64,000 bases of DNA from Candidatus Omnitrophota bacterium (GTDB taxonomy: Bacteria; Omnitrophota; Gorgyraeia; Zapsychrales; JANLHA01), in assembly GCA_020632555.1 (NCBI GenBank), contig JACKFI010000002.1, positions 130,621 to 194,620 on the forward strand, in the 5' to 3' direction. Shown piece after piece: positions 27,233 through 36,264 of the stretch (its first letter is position 1; every line of letters begins with the position of its first letter). The position numbers were made by a program, and so were the translations under genes. Below the pieces are notes generated by a model. That model saw only the letters and a list, made by a program, of their open reading frames with translations. It made no database searches and was not told the DNA's origin.

Positions 27233-28261
27233 TTATTTTTTACGATCCAAACTTGCGATATGCTCCGCCATATCATGAACACGAACATACCAGAGCTTTC
27301 CCTTCTTCTTGGCCTTGAGCACTCCACGATTGATCAGATTACGCAAATAATCTTGAGAATAATCATATAGCCGCGCCAGATCGCGCAAAGGAATAATAGC
27401 ATCCTTATCCAAACTATTTGTCGTTGTCCTATTCATACGCTTAAAACTTTCAGCCAATCGATCCAACACGATTTTTTTAAGCCCTTTTAACGGGACATCC
27501 GTAACGATCCCATCCGCCTGCTCTAACGAAATCTTCTTTCCCTGCTCAAGCCTTCGATTGATCGCTTCAAAACAATCATCTCCTTGTTCTAAAGCATTAT
27601 AATATTGATCTCGATCTGTCTTAGAAAAACCCTTGATCGCAATATTAAGATGCCCCGTACCAATAAGAATATAATTCAAAAGAATACGTCCGCAACGTCC
27701 ATTCCCATCTCTGAAAGGATGAATTGTTTCAAACCAAGTGTGTGCCAAGGTTGCCAATGTAATAGAAGAATACTTAGATCGCTTCAAATGCTTATTGACC
27801 CAACGAACCATCAAGTCCATCGCTGCTCGAAGATAAAAATGATCAATCGGTTTAAAACGAGATTGTGTAACTTCAACGGTTAATTCACGAAAGTCCCCGA
27901 TCTGCCCAATATAACTGCCCAACTCTTTCTCATACCGCATGAGAATCGTGTGAATCTGCTTAACATCTGACATCCTTAAAACAAACTCCCCCTCCTGCCA
28001 CTGATTGTAAGCATAGTCATACATAGCGCTAGCGGATTCAAAATACCCCAAAATCGCAGCCGCCTTTTCCTTATTGGTCCGACTATTATGTTCAAGGACA
28101 TCAATCAGTTCTTGACGATTAGCAAAAACTCCCTCAATCGCAATAGAGTTGCGAATCTCTTCACGGAAAAGCGAATACCACTCCACATTCTGAACCGTAA
28201 CAAGCCGTCTTTTGTCGGAATGTAGTGTGGCAATGGCTTTTTTTAGACTTTTTTCATCCAT
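27233..28261 (-). CDS. Fic-family protein (class II, N-terminal inhibitory helix) with C-terminal excisionase/MerR-type HTH
   Basis: 342 aa with an ATG start. The canonical active site is 'HPFRDGNGRCGRILLNY' (HxFx[DE]GNGRxxR). The inhibitory motif 'SIAIEG' ([ST]xxxE[GN]) lies upstream in the same chain. The C-terminal HTH is 'LRDLARLYDYSQDYLRNLINRGVLKAKKKGKLWYV'. Confidence 0.9.
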   Translation of the reverse strand: MDEKSLKKAIATLHSDKRRLVTVQNVEWYSLFREEIRNSIAIEGVFANRQELIDVLEHNSRTNKEKAAAILGYFESASAMYDYAYNQWQEGEFVLRMSDVKQIHTILMRYEKELGSYIGQIGDFRELTVEVTQSRFKPIDHFYLRAAMDLMVRWVNKHLKRSKYSSITLATLAHTWFETIHPFRDGNGRCGRILLNYILIGTGHLNIAIKGFSKTDRDQYYNALEQGDDCFEAINRRLEQGKKISLEQADGIVTDVPLKGLKKIVLDRLAESFKRMNRTTTNSLDKDAIIPLRDLARLYDYSQDYLRNLINRGVLKAKKKGKLWYVRVHDMAEHIASLDRKK

Positions 28262-28277
28262 AACAGCTCTCCCATCT

Positions 28278-28373
28278 ATTTTCGAACCACCTCACATGGT
28301 TCGGAAATAGTATACTGAATTATCGACGATATGCAATAAATAATGTCTCATATATTCCGAACTTTCCGAACCA
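28278..28373 (-). promoter_or_regulatory. Fic promoter with repeated TTCCGAACCA-type operator half-sites
   Basis: Minus-sense TTGCAT-16 nt-TATACT is followed at once by the inverted repeat TTTCCGAACCA-tgtgagg-TGGTTCGAAA, then the GGGAGA Shine-Dalgarno and the ATG. A second pair, GGTTCGGAAAGTTCGGAA, lies ~70 nt upstream (28355-28373). Confidence 0.55.
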
Positions 28374-28480
28374 TACCTCCTGCCAGCACGGCAGAACTCC
28401 GTTGAAATACACCAACAGCTGAATAATACCATCCTGTGATTTAACAAACTCTGACAAGAATAAAAACAAACCCTACCTCA

Positions 28481-29410
28481 CTATCCAAAGCAACTACCAA
28501 CGGACAATCTTTGTCCGACGGCAAAGGCATATGCCGGCATCTCCTTGCCGGATTGCGGATGAACTGTTTTTAACACCAACGCATCTTTGCTGGTCGCAAC
28601 AATAATGCCCTCTTTGGTGATCGTAAGGATTGTTCCCGGCGTTTGTGAAAACTCTTGAGGAACAACCGCACTGCTAAGAACCTTAAATATTTTGCCTTGA
28701 TATGAAGTATACGCGCCCGGCCAAGGAACAAGCCCGCGAATCACATTATGAATATCACCTGCCGGCTTATTCCAATTGATATGCCCTAACTCTTTGCTCA
28801 ACTTGGGCGCCAAGCTCACATCGTTCTGATTTTGTGCTGTTAATGAAAATTGTCCGTCGGCAATATTTTTTATCGTAGGACACAAACATTGCGCGCTGGC
28901 TTTGGCCATACGACTACGCAAACTTTGCGCTGTTTCATCAGCGGCAATACTCATCTTCCCTTGTACAATAATTTCACCGGCATCCATTTTCGAATTCATT
29001 TTAATCAAAGAAAACCCCGTCTGTGTTTCTCCCCGAATAATAGCCCAATTGATCGGCGCCGCTCCCCGATACTTTGGCAAAAGCGAACCGTGCACATTAA
29101 CACAAAATATTTTAGGAATTTGCAGCACACAAGCTGGAAGAATTTTACCATAAGCAATCACCACAAACAGATCCGCAGCAAAATTTCGTAAAGACTCTAA
29201 AAAGGCTGAATCCCGCACATCATCCGGTTGTAAAACCGGAATCTGCTGCTTCAAAGCGATCTGCTTAATCGGTGAAGCGACCACCTGCAAACCTCGTCCG
29301 CTGGGCCGATCTGGCTGAGTCACGCAAGCAACAATCGAAAACTTTTCCGACAATAATTGCCGCAAGCTCTCTGCCGCGAAATCATCACTGCCAAAAAAAA
29401 TAATTTTCAT
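28481..29410 (-). CDS. fmt: methionyl-tRNA formyltransferase
   Basis: Motifs seen are 'IIFFGSDDFA', 'PDRPSGRG', 'NVHGSLLPKYRGAAPINWAII' and a C-terminal beta-barrel domain. The ATG at 29410 is preferred; the track's TTG at 29431 is not. Confidence 0.9.
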   Translation of the reverse strand: MKIIFFGSDDFAAESLRQLLSEKFSIVACVTQPDRPSGRGLQVVASPIKQIALKQQIPVLQPDDVRDSAFLESLRNFAADLFVVIAYGKILPACVLQIPKIFCVNVHGSLLPKYRGAAPINWAIIRGETQTGFSLIKMNSKMDAGEIIVQGKMSIAADETAQSLRSRMAKASAQCLCPTIKNIADGQFSLTAQNQNDVSLAPKLSKELGHINWNKPAGDIHNVIRGLVPWPGAYTSYQGKIFKVLSSAVVPQEFSQTPGTILTITKEGIIVATSKDALVLKTVHPQSGKEMPAYAFAVGQRLSVGSCFG

Positions 29411-29434
29411 AGCCACCACTCTATCTTTCAATAA

Positions 29435-31270
29435 TTAAGGGTTCACATCAACGGTTAGAATAACACCTTTACGTTTATGATAATCCGATAGAACAGGTTC
29501 AACCTGAGCCAACATCTTTTTAACAATCTTACCCTTGAGCATTATAGTGTAGCGAAACTTATCCCGCAATTTTGGTATCACATCTGGCTGCGGCAAAGCA
29601 ATTTCAAAGCCCTTACCCTTGATTCCTTTGAGCTGCTCATACAATTCTTGCGCCTGTGTCAAAACACTTTCTTCCACCGTCCCCCGCAAAGCCAATGCCA
29701 TGACCTGCGCATACGGCGGCAAATTCAATTCCCGACGAACTTTAAGTTCTTTCCGATAAAATGTATCGGCATCCAGTGAGGCCGCAGCGACAATCGACTC
29801 GTGCTTTGGACTACGTGTTTGCACCAGCAATTTTTCGCCAGCCGCTTGCCGCAAACGAATTAACAATGAAAACACGCGGCTGCTGGCACGAAAATCAATA
29901 CGGTTGATTTCACCATCAAAATCCAAAACAGCAATCAGCGAAAAATGCGCCCGATGCAAAAACGGCATCACCGCCGCTGTCGCGATCATCAGATTGGATT
30001 GCTTCGAAAAAGTTTTGGCCCCCCGGTCAAATGTGGCCACCTGCGCCTGCGGATAAATCCGCGCCAATTCACTTTCCAATTTTTCTATGCCTGTTCCCGT
30101 TGATCGTAAATACGAACCATTGCACTGCGGACACATTTTAGGCAAATCCGATGAAAAGCCGCAACGATGACACATTAATTTCTTTTTAGAATACATAAAA
30201 CTTAAGTTTGTGTTACACCGTTGACATTTGAGCACCAGCCCGCATTGATTGCATTTGGTCGAAGTGCTAAACCCTCGGCGATTCAAAAACAACAAAACCT
30301 TACCGTTTTTGACCAATGTTTCTAGAATCATATTCTGCAGGGGAAAAGACACCAGCATGTTCTGATATTTATAATTCGCTAAATCAATCACCTGAAAATC
30401 CGCCAAATGTTTTTCGGCACAAATCTCTGGGACAACTTTTTTATCTTTAAGAATTTTCCACAATTCCGCGCTGGGCGCCGGACTGACAAATAAAACATCA
30501 CACTGTTCATTTTTGTGCCGCCACAAAGCCACCTGCCGCGCGTGATAAAAAGGCGAAGGCTCTTGTTTATACGAAGGATTTTCTTCATCAACCATCACAA
30601 TCAAACCCACATCCGGCATCATGGCAAAAACAGCTGAACGCGTTCCCAACACCACGCGCGCCCGTCCTTCTTTGACCGCCAACCACTGGGTCAACTCGTG
30701 CTTAACACCCTGATAACGATCTAAAACACATACATCAACAGCACAAACTTTTTCTAAAAACTCTTTGACCACCATGATCTGGCCAATCTCAGGAACAAGA
30801 AAAATAATCCCCCCTCCTTGAGCCAAAATACTTTTTAGTTTTTGCGCGACCGTTTTTGCCGCAGCTTGCAATGAACCTTGGTAAAAAAGAATCTTGGGCT
30901 CTGTCGGTCGCATGATCTGTGGCTGAGGCGTCCAAACAATTTCTCTTTTATCTCGCAAAATCGCAGGCAAAGCCACTTCAATGGCCTCACCCCACGAACA
31001 GGCATAATATTGAGCTAAATCCCAAGTCAATTTTAGAAAATGTTCATCAAGTGTCGGAATATTATCTAAAACAGTGCTCAACGGTTTGATTCGTGGAAAT
31101 TGGGTTTCGGTCAACAAACCAATGACAAAACCTACGCGAAACTTGGATCGGAAAGAAACAACCACGCGCGAACCCACACGAATATGTTCCCGCAGATGAT
31201 GCGGAATTGAATAATCAAACGGACCGGCAACGGGAAGCCCGACAACAATTTGGGCAATCGAATGACACAT
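29435..31270 (-). CDS. priA: primosomal protein N' (PriA) homolog with degenerate ATPase motifs
   Basis: 611 aa. The N-terminal 3'-DNA-binding/WH region ('VGLPVAGPFDYSIP') and the Cys-rich zinc region (CNQCG...CQRCN...CHRCG...CPQCN) are present. The Walker A position reads 'GSLQAAAKT', Walker B reads 'DEEN', and 'AGRAGR' reads 'RQAAGE'. Confidence 0.8.
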   Translation of the reverse strand: MCHSIAQIVVGLPVAGPFDYSIPHHLREHIRVGSRVVVSFRSKFRVGFVIGLLTETQFPRIKPLSTVLDNIPTLDEHFLKLTWDLAQYYACSWGEAIEVALPAILRDKREIVWTPQPQIMRPTEPKILFYQGSLQAAAKTVAQKLKSILAQGGGIIFLVPEIGQIMVVKEFLEKVCAVDVCVLDRYQGVKHELTQWLAVKEGRARVVLGTRSAVFAMMPDVGLIVMVDEENPSYKQEPSPFYHARQVALWRHKNEQCDVLFVSPAPSAELWKILKDKKVVPEICAEKHLADFQVIDLANYKYQNMLVSFPLQNMILETLVKNGKVLLFLNRRGFSTSTKCNQCGLVLKCQRCNTNLSFMYSKKKLMCHRCGFSSDLPKMCPQCNGSYLRSTGTGIEKLESELARIYPQAQVATFDRGAKTFSKQSNLMIATAAVMPFLHRAHFSLIAVLDFDGEINRIDFRASSRVFSLLIRLRQAAGEKLLVQTRSPKHESIVAAASLDADTFYRKELKVRRELNLPPYAQVMALALRGTVEESVLTQAQELYEQLKGIKGKGFEIALPQPDVIPKLRDKFRYTIMLKGKIVKKMLAQVEPVLSDYHKRKGVILTVDVNP

Positions 31271-31309
31271 GAGGTATTGTATCTCTTATTTCAAAAACCT
31301 AAACTTTAA

Positions 31310-32398
31310 TTATTTGATCAAGGCTACAATATCAGAAACAGCTTGCGGACGAGCCAAGGCTTTGATTTTTGCTTTCACATCAGATAATTCTTGCTGAGAA
31401 CTCTGCAAACGTTTTAACTCCGCGGCCATTTGAATCATGCTGCAATCACTGATCCCGACGCCATAGCTCGCCAAGACCTTAACATTATTGGTTTCCTGTC
31501 CGGGAATCGCATTAAAAAAAATCATCGGCAAACCACGAACCAAAGCTTCAGTAATGGATAGCCCGCCGGGTTTGGTGATCATCGCATCCGAAAGCCCCAT
31601 CATTTCATCCATATTCTGAACTAAACCAAAAACTTTGACATGATCCCCGGCCGCCATCCGCAAACGTTCATACAGTTTTTTATTATGCCCGCAAATCACC
31701 ACCACTTGAAAATCCTGCAAATGTTGAATAATTTCTTCAATCGGCCCGATCCCAAAAGAACCAGTGGCAATCAAAACCGTAAACCGATCTGCCGGTAAAT
31801 TCATTTTCGCCCGCAATTGCTCAACATCAACAGGGCGAGAAAAATTCTTATGCGTCGGTATACCGGTCAACTTCACCTGTTGAGGATCAACTCCCAAAGA
31901 TATGATTTTGCGCTGTGTCCAATCACTGGCAACGGCATAATAATCGATGCCTTGTGCCAACCAAATGCTATGCACATCATAATCCGTAACAACCGAAATA
32001 ATGGTTGAGCGAATCTTGCCAGCTCTTTTTAAAGCGGCAGAAACTTCATTGCCCAGAAAATGCGTCGAAATAATATAATCAAAATTTTCTTTTTGCAAAT
32101 ACGCGTGAAATTTCGGCGTATTGATAAAATTATAAACTCTTCGGATCACTCGCACCGCCGGCCGCAAAAATGGAATATCCAGCAGAGCAAAGAAAAATCC
32201 CCACACAGCCGGAGTCCGCGTGATCAAAAAGGTATACACTCCGCTATACGACTTTCTAAAAAGCGCATTGGCATATTGCAAAGAGTCAATCAAAACAACT
32301 TCATGCACTGAACCAGACGCTTTAAACCCATGATAAATTGCCTCAGCGGCTTTACGATGACCAGCGCCAGCTGTGGCGTAAACAATTAAAATTCGCAT
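31310..32398 (-). CDS. GT28 glycolipid synthase (MGDG synthase / UgtP-like diacylglycerol glycosyltransferase)
   Basis: 362 aa. It carries 'ILIVYATAGAGHRKAAEAI', 'HFLGNE' and 'ITKPGGLSITEAL'. Confidence 0.75.
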   Translation of the reverse strand: MRILIVYATAGAGHRKAAEAIYHGFKASGSVHEVVLIDSLQYANALFRKSYSGVYTFLITRTPAVWGFFFALLDIPFLRPAVRVIRRVYNFINTPKFHAYLQKENFDYIISTHFLGNEVSAALKRAGKIRSTIISVVTDYDVHSIWLAQGIDYYAVASDWTQRKIISLGVDPQQVKLTGIPTHKNFSRPVDVEQLRAKMNLPADRFTVLIATGSFGIGPIEEIIQHLQDFQVVVICGHNKKLYERLRMAAGDHVKVFGLVQNMDEMMGLSDAMITKPGGLSITEALVRGLPMIFFNAIPGQETNNVKVLASYGVGISDCSMIQMAAELKRLQSSQQELSDVKAKIKALARPQAVSDIVALIK

Positions 32399-32458
32399 AA
32401 TAAATTCCTTAAATGACAGCGGCTCTTAGATTGAAACTTAAAACGGCAAAAGAATTGA

Positions 32459-33022
32459 TCACTCACCATTGGCAAGAATAATATCCGTCGCGGCGGCCAA
32501 ATCTTCCACCGTATAATCCGGCCGGACTTTCCACGTACGCACCATATTGCGATCACTCATTCCCGAAAGCACAAAAATCGTTTGGCAACCAGCTGTCTTG
32601 CCAGCTGTCACATCCACTTCGGTATCACCAACAAAATACGCATGCACCGCATGACTAATGGGTTTTTTCATCAAAGTCAAAGCCGCTCGAATCGAGCCGA
32701 TTCCCGGCTTGCGGCAATCACACCCCTGTTGGGTAGTGTGCGTACAATAATAAACTTTTTTAATTTCCCCGCCATTGCGGAGAACTTCCTTGTTCATCAG
32801 ACGAGTAATCCGATCAAGCTTATTCTGACTATAAATTTTTTTACCAACCCCCGCCTGATTGGAAACCACAAACACCGTATAGCCATGTTCTTTCAAGCGC
32901 CGCAAAGCATCCAACGCGCCGGGTATAAAATGAAATTCCTTAACCTTGGTCACATAATTGCCATGACCGGGAAATTCATTGATCACCCCATCACGATCCA
33001 AAAAAACAATTTTTTTACTCAT
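32459..33022 (-). CDS. gmhB: D-glycero-D-manno-heptose 1,7-bisphosphate phosphatase (HAD-IIIA)
   Basis: It carries 'FLDRDGVIN', the zinc motif 'CTHTTQQGCDCRKP' and 'VGDTEVD'. The ATG is at 33022. Confidence 0.8.
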   Translation of the reverse strand: MSKKIVFLDRDGVINEFPGHGNYVTKVKEFHFIPGALDALRRLKEHGYTVFVVSNQAGVGKKIYSQNKLDRITRLMNKEVLRNGGEIKKVYYCTHTTQQGCDCRKPGIGSIRAALTLMKKPISHAVHAYFVGDTEVDVTAGKTAGCQTIFVLSGMSDRNMVRTWKVRPDYTVEDLAAATDIILANGE

Positions 33023-33153
33023 CAAATCACCCGAATTGTTTTAAAAACGCGTTTGCGAGCCATCAGTATACTGGACACTATCCGCCCTAATCAACACGAA
33101 AGGCAGAAATTTTCATTTCTGCCTTTTGCAAAAAACCCAACAATTTAAATCGG

Positions 33154-34272
33154 CTACACGCCAACTTTTGAACTGACAATCATTTTCAAACTATCACAAA
33201 CATACTGCACTTGCTCTTTAGTGATATGAGGAAACATCGGCAAGGATAAAATTTCCGACGCCACTTGCTCAGAAACCGGAAAATCCCCCGTCTTATGACC
33301 CAATTCTTGATAAGCCTGCTGCAAATGCAGAGGAATTGGATAATGAATCAAAACACCAATCCTTTTTTCTTTGAGCGCATCTACTACGTGATCACGATTC
33401 TTGGTCCGTATCGCATAGGTTTGATAAACATGCGTCCGATCTGATTTCAAAACCGGCGTAACAATATCCGCAACAGCGGCTAACTCTTGACGATAAACAT
33501 CAGCCATACCCGCACGCATCTGATTCCATTGATCCAGGCGTTTTAATTTTGCCGACAGAATAACCGCCTGCACTGTATCCAAGCGTGAATTATACCCTTT
33601 AATTTTATGCTCATACCGGCCTTCACGGCCATAATCACGCAACATCAAAGAATTTTTATATATGGTTTCATCACTGGTCACAATCATCCCTCCGTCGCCA
33701 AAAGCACCCAAAGCCTTGGTCGGATAAAAACTAAAACACGCCACATCGCCCAAAGACCCCACCCGCCGGCCTTGATAGCGAGCGCCGTGAGCCTGCGCGG
33801 CATCTTCAATCACTTTCAACTTATGTTCTTTGGCAATGGCACAAATTTCCTGCATATTCGCCGCTTGACCATAAATATGAACCGGAATAATCGCCTTGGT
33901 TTTGGAAGTAATCGCTTGCTTTAACTTTTTAGGGTCTAAATTATACGTATCGGGTTCAATATCAACAAAAACCGGCTTGGCGCCACCGTAAGAAATGCAC
34001 AAAGCCGTCGCGATAAACGTGTACGGCGGCAAAATTACTTCATCCCCTTCCTTAATATCCAGCGCCGCCAAAGCCAAATACAAAGCATCTGTTCCCGAAT
34101 TTACCCCGACCGCGTATTTCGCATCACAATACTTAGCAAAACTGGCCTCAAAATCTTTTTCTTCCTGACCCAAAATAAAATTACCGGCTTCAAAAACTTT
34201 ATTCAAGCCCGGTTCAATTTCATCTTTAATGATCTGATATTGTTCACTAAAATCTACAAATGGAACGTCCAT
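33154..34272 (-). CDS. DegT/DnrJ/EryC1/StrS-family PLP aminotransferase (nucleotide-sugar)
   Basis: 372 aa. It carries 'AVGVNSGTDALYLAL', 'EDAAQAHGA' and 'SFYPTKALGAFGDGG' (PLP lysine). Confidence 0.85.
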   Translation of the reverse strand: MDVPFVDFSEQYQIIKDEIEPGLNKVFEAGNFILGQEEKDFEASFAKYCDAKYAVGVNSGTDALYLALAALDIKEGDEVILPPYTFIATALCISYGGAKPVFVDIEPDTYNLDPKKLKQAITSKTKAIIPVHIYGQAANMQEICAIAKEHKLKVIEDAAQAHGARYQGRRVGSLGDVACFSFYPTKALGAFGDGGMIVTSDETIYKNSLMLRDYGREGRYEHKIKGYNSRLDTVQAVILSAKLKRLDQWNQMRAGMADVYRQELAAVADIVTPVLKSDRTHVYQTYAIRTKNRDHVVDALKEKRIGVLIHYPIPLHLQQAYQELGHKTGDFPVSEQVASEILSLPMFPHITKEQVQYVCDSLKMIVSSKVGV

Positions 34273-34297
34273 GAATAAAACCTTTCGTAATAATGTT

Positions 34298-35374
34298 TTA
34301 TGTTAATGAATTCTGAACCGCATTAAAAACGTCGCCAACTTCAACATTCTTGACACAACTGATATGTTCACACGCCGCCCGACGAAAATTTCGATAACAC
34401 GGTCGGCAAGCTATCGAACTTGTGACAACACGATGTTGTCCGGGCACACCCGCATAAGGGCCATAAACCTTTTCATCAACCGGGCCGAAAACAGAAACTG
34501 TTTTGATACCTGCCGCCACCGCCATATGCAAAGGCCCGCCGTCATTGACCAATGCCAAAAAACTTTTCTTGAGAATCGCCAGCGTCTGCAATAAACTCGT
34601 TTTTCCACAAGCGTTAAACAGCGGGCATTTTACTAAACTTTGAATCTCTTTGCAAAGAGATTCCTCTGCGTGATTGCCCAGCAAAATGATATTCACATTA
34701 AAATCAGCCATTATTTTTGTAATCAGCTGCGCATATTTTTCAGCCGGCCAACGTTTAAATTTCGCGTCCGGCCCCCAGCTTTCACCGCCCCCCGGGAAAA
34801 CAGCAATCCATCGGGCTTGCAAAGAATTAGCATCCTGCAAAAATTTCTCCGCCCATAAACAACCCTCCGGGGCAACAGCAATATCCATCGATTGCGGACT
34901 AATATGAAAATTCACGGCGCTCAAAAGCCCCTGATAATATTGCGCCACATGCCGACCTTCATAACCAGAAAGCAAAACCTTTTTTGTTAAGAAAATACTG
35001 CGATTTTTATAATTAAGACCAACCCGTTGTTTAATTCCGGCCAGCCAACAATAAAATCCGGCATACCATGTCATCGAAAGATCAAAAACCGCGTCATATT
35101 GTCCTTGCTGAATCTGGTTCTTAGTTCTTTTGATTAACTGCAAAAACTCAAACCGGGAACGGTCAGAAACAACTTTAAACTCACTGCGGTCATAAACAAT
35201 CACCTGATTAATCTGCGGCAAACTCTCCAAAAGCGGCGCAGTGCGTCGATTGGAAATATACCCAATATAGGCATCAGGAACATTGGCTTTGATGTTCTTC
35301 ATCAACGGAACTGTAAATAAAACATCGCCTATACCAAAAGTATTAATAATCAAAAACCGTTGAGCTCTGCGCAT
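34298..35374 (-). CDS. glycosyltransferase family 9 (heptosyltransferase-like)
   Basis: 358 aa. It carries 'RFLIINTFGIGDVLFTVPL' and 'VNDGGPLHMAVAAG'. Confidence 0.8.
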   Translation of the reverse strand: MRRAQRFLIINTFGIGDVLFTVPLMKNIKANVPDAYIGYISNRRTAPLLESLPQINQVIVYDRSEFKVVSDRSRFEFLQLIKRTKNQIQQGQYDAVFDLSMTWYAGFYCWLAGIKQRVGLNYKNRSIFLTKKVLLSGYEGRHVAQYYQGLLSAVNFHISPQSMDIAVAPEGCLWAEKFLQDANSLQARWIAVFPGGGESWGPDAKFKRWPAEKYAQLITKIMADFNVNIILLGNHAEESLCKEIQSLVKCPLFNACGKTSLLQTLAILKKSFLALVNDGGPLHMAVAAGIKTVSVFGPVDEKVYGPYAGVPGQHRVVTSSIACRPCYRNFRRAACEHISCVKNVEVGDVFNAVQNSLT

Positions 35375-35406
35375 TACAATTTCCCATGGATCTTATGTTA
35401 ATAAAC

Positions 35407-36252
35407 TTAATGAATCCGCAGCTTTTCACGCCGCGAAGTTTTAAAACGCGGGCGCAAATACGTGCAAGGATTAAACATATTCCTTCGCTTGATATCTTGC
35501 CAATCCTGCTGACTGATAGCATGCCGCGCAATCTTCTCCTGCATCACCAATGGATGTGACCCAAAATAAACCGGGAAACGATTCAAATCCCCAAACGAAT
35601 ATTCTTGCGTCTTTTCTGATTCTGTGAGCGTCGTAATCCCCATCATCTCTGCGTTAACGCGACGCTGGGTCATCACATCCTGCGGTTGGACCCAACCATA
35701 ATGATACAAAAAACAGCCTGTATGCTGGCGCCGCATAGGTCGGTCATCGCAGCGTTTAAAACCGTACGCGTCGCCCATCGACTCAACAGACCCATTATTG
35801 CGAATAATCCGATCCTGCTTCTGATACCAGCCGCGGTCAATGCGGTAACGATAATAACTGCCATAAAAATGCAGCCACGCAAAACGCAAAGCGTCAACGT
35901 CTTGATGCAAATATTTTTCCATACACCGTCGAAGTTTTGGCAAATCCGTTTGATGAATCACTTCATCCGATTGCAAATAAAAAGCCCAGTCGCCTCGGCA
36001 TTCTTGCAAAGCCATATTCGTTTGCCGTGATAGCTCAATATTGCCTTCTGAAAAATCCCAATCTGTTTGAAAAATGCGAATCTTAGGACTTCTTAAAGAT
36101 TCAATCAAAGCCAGCGTGCCATCCTGAGATTTTCCAACATTAACAATAAACTCATCGCATATCGGCAGAAGGGATTGAATTGACTCTAAAGCTGGGTAGT
36201 TAAATTGAATGGCATTGCGGACAATTGTAAATCCACTGATTTTCATCGTCAT
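35407..36252 (-). CDS. glycosyltransferase family 2
   Basis: 281 aa. The N-terminal 'ISGFTIVRNAIQFNYPALESIQS' and 'YLQSDEV' (DxD-like) fit a GT-A fold. Confidence 0.65.
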   Translation of the reverse strand: MTMKISGFTIVRNAIQFNYPALESIQSLLPICDEFIVNVGKSQDGTLALIESLRSPKIRIFQTDWDFSEGNIELSRQTNMALQECRGDWAFYLQSDEVIHQTDLPKLRRCMEKYLHQDVDALRFAWLHFYGSYYRYRIDRGWYQKQDRIIRNNGSVESMGDAYGFKRCDDRPMRRQHTGCFLYHYGWVQPQDVMTQRRVNAEMMGITTLTESEKTQEYSFGDLNRFPVYFGSHPLVMQEKIARHAISQQDWQDIKRRNMFNPCTYLRPRFKTSRREKLRIH

Positions 36253-36264
36253 AGCCAGCCGCCT

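Noticed and set aside
28315-28330. Exact 16-mer ctgaattatcgacgat shared with 52615-52630. It shares a cgacgat(a) core with repeats A and B.
   Set aside because: By a rough uniform-composition estimate, about one identical 16-mer pair is expected by chance in a 64-kb window. The flanks do not extend the match, so it is not significant on its own.
32582-33148. Long plus-strand ORFs opposite minus-strand genes. Examples are 32582..33148 (188 aa, mirroring gmhB), 25774..26289, 36205..36726, 22599..23006, 45128..45520 and 1217..1612.
   Set aside because: Each lies entirely antisense to a gene with clear family motifs. Their translations are low-complexity (R/N/H/I-rich), and none has a Shine-Dalgarno. 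They are shadow ORFs typical of biased codon usage.
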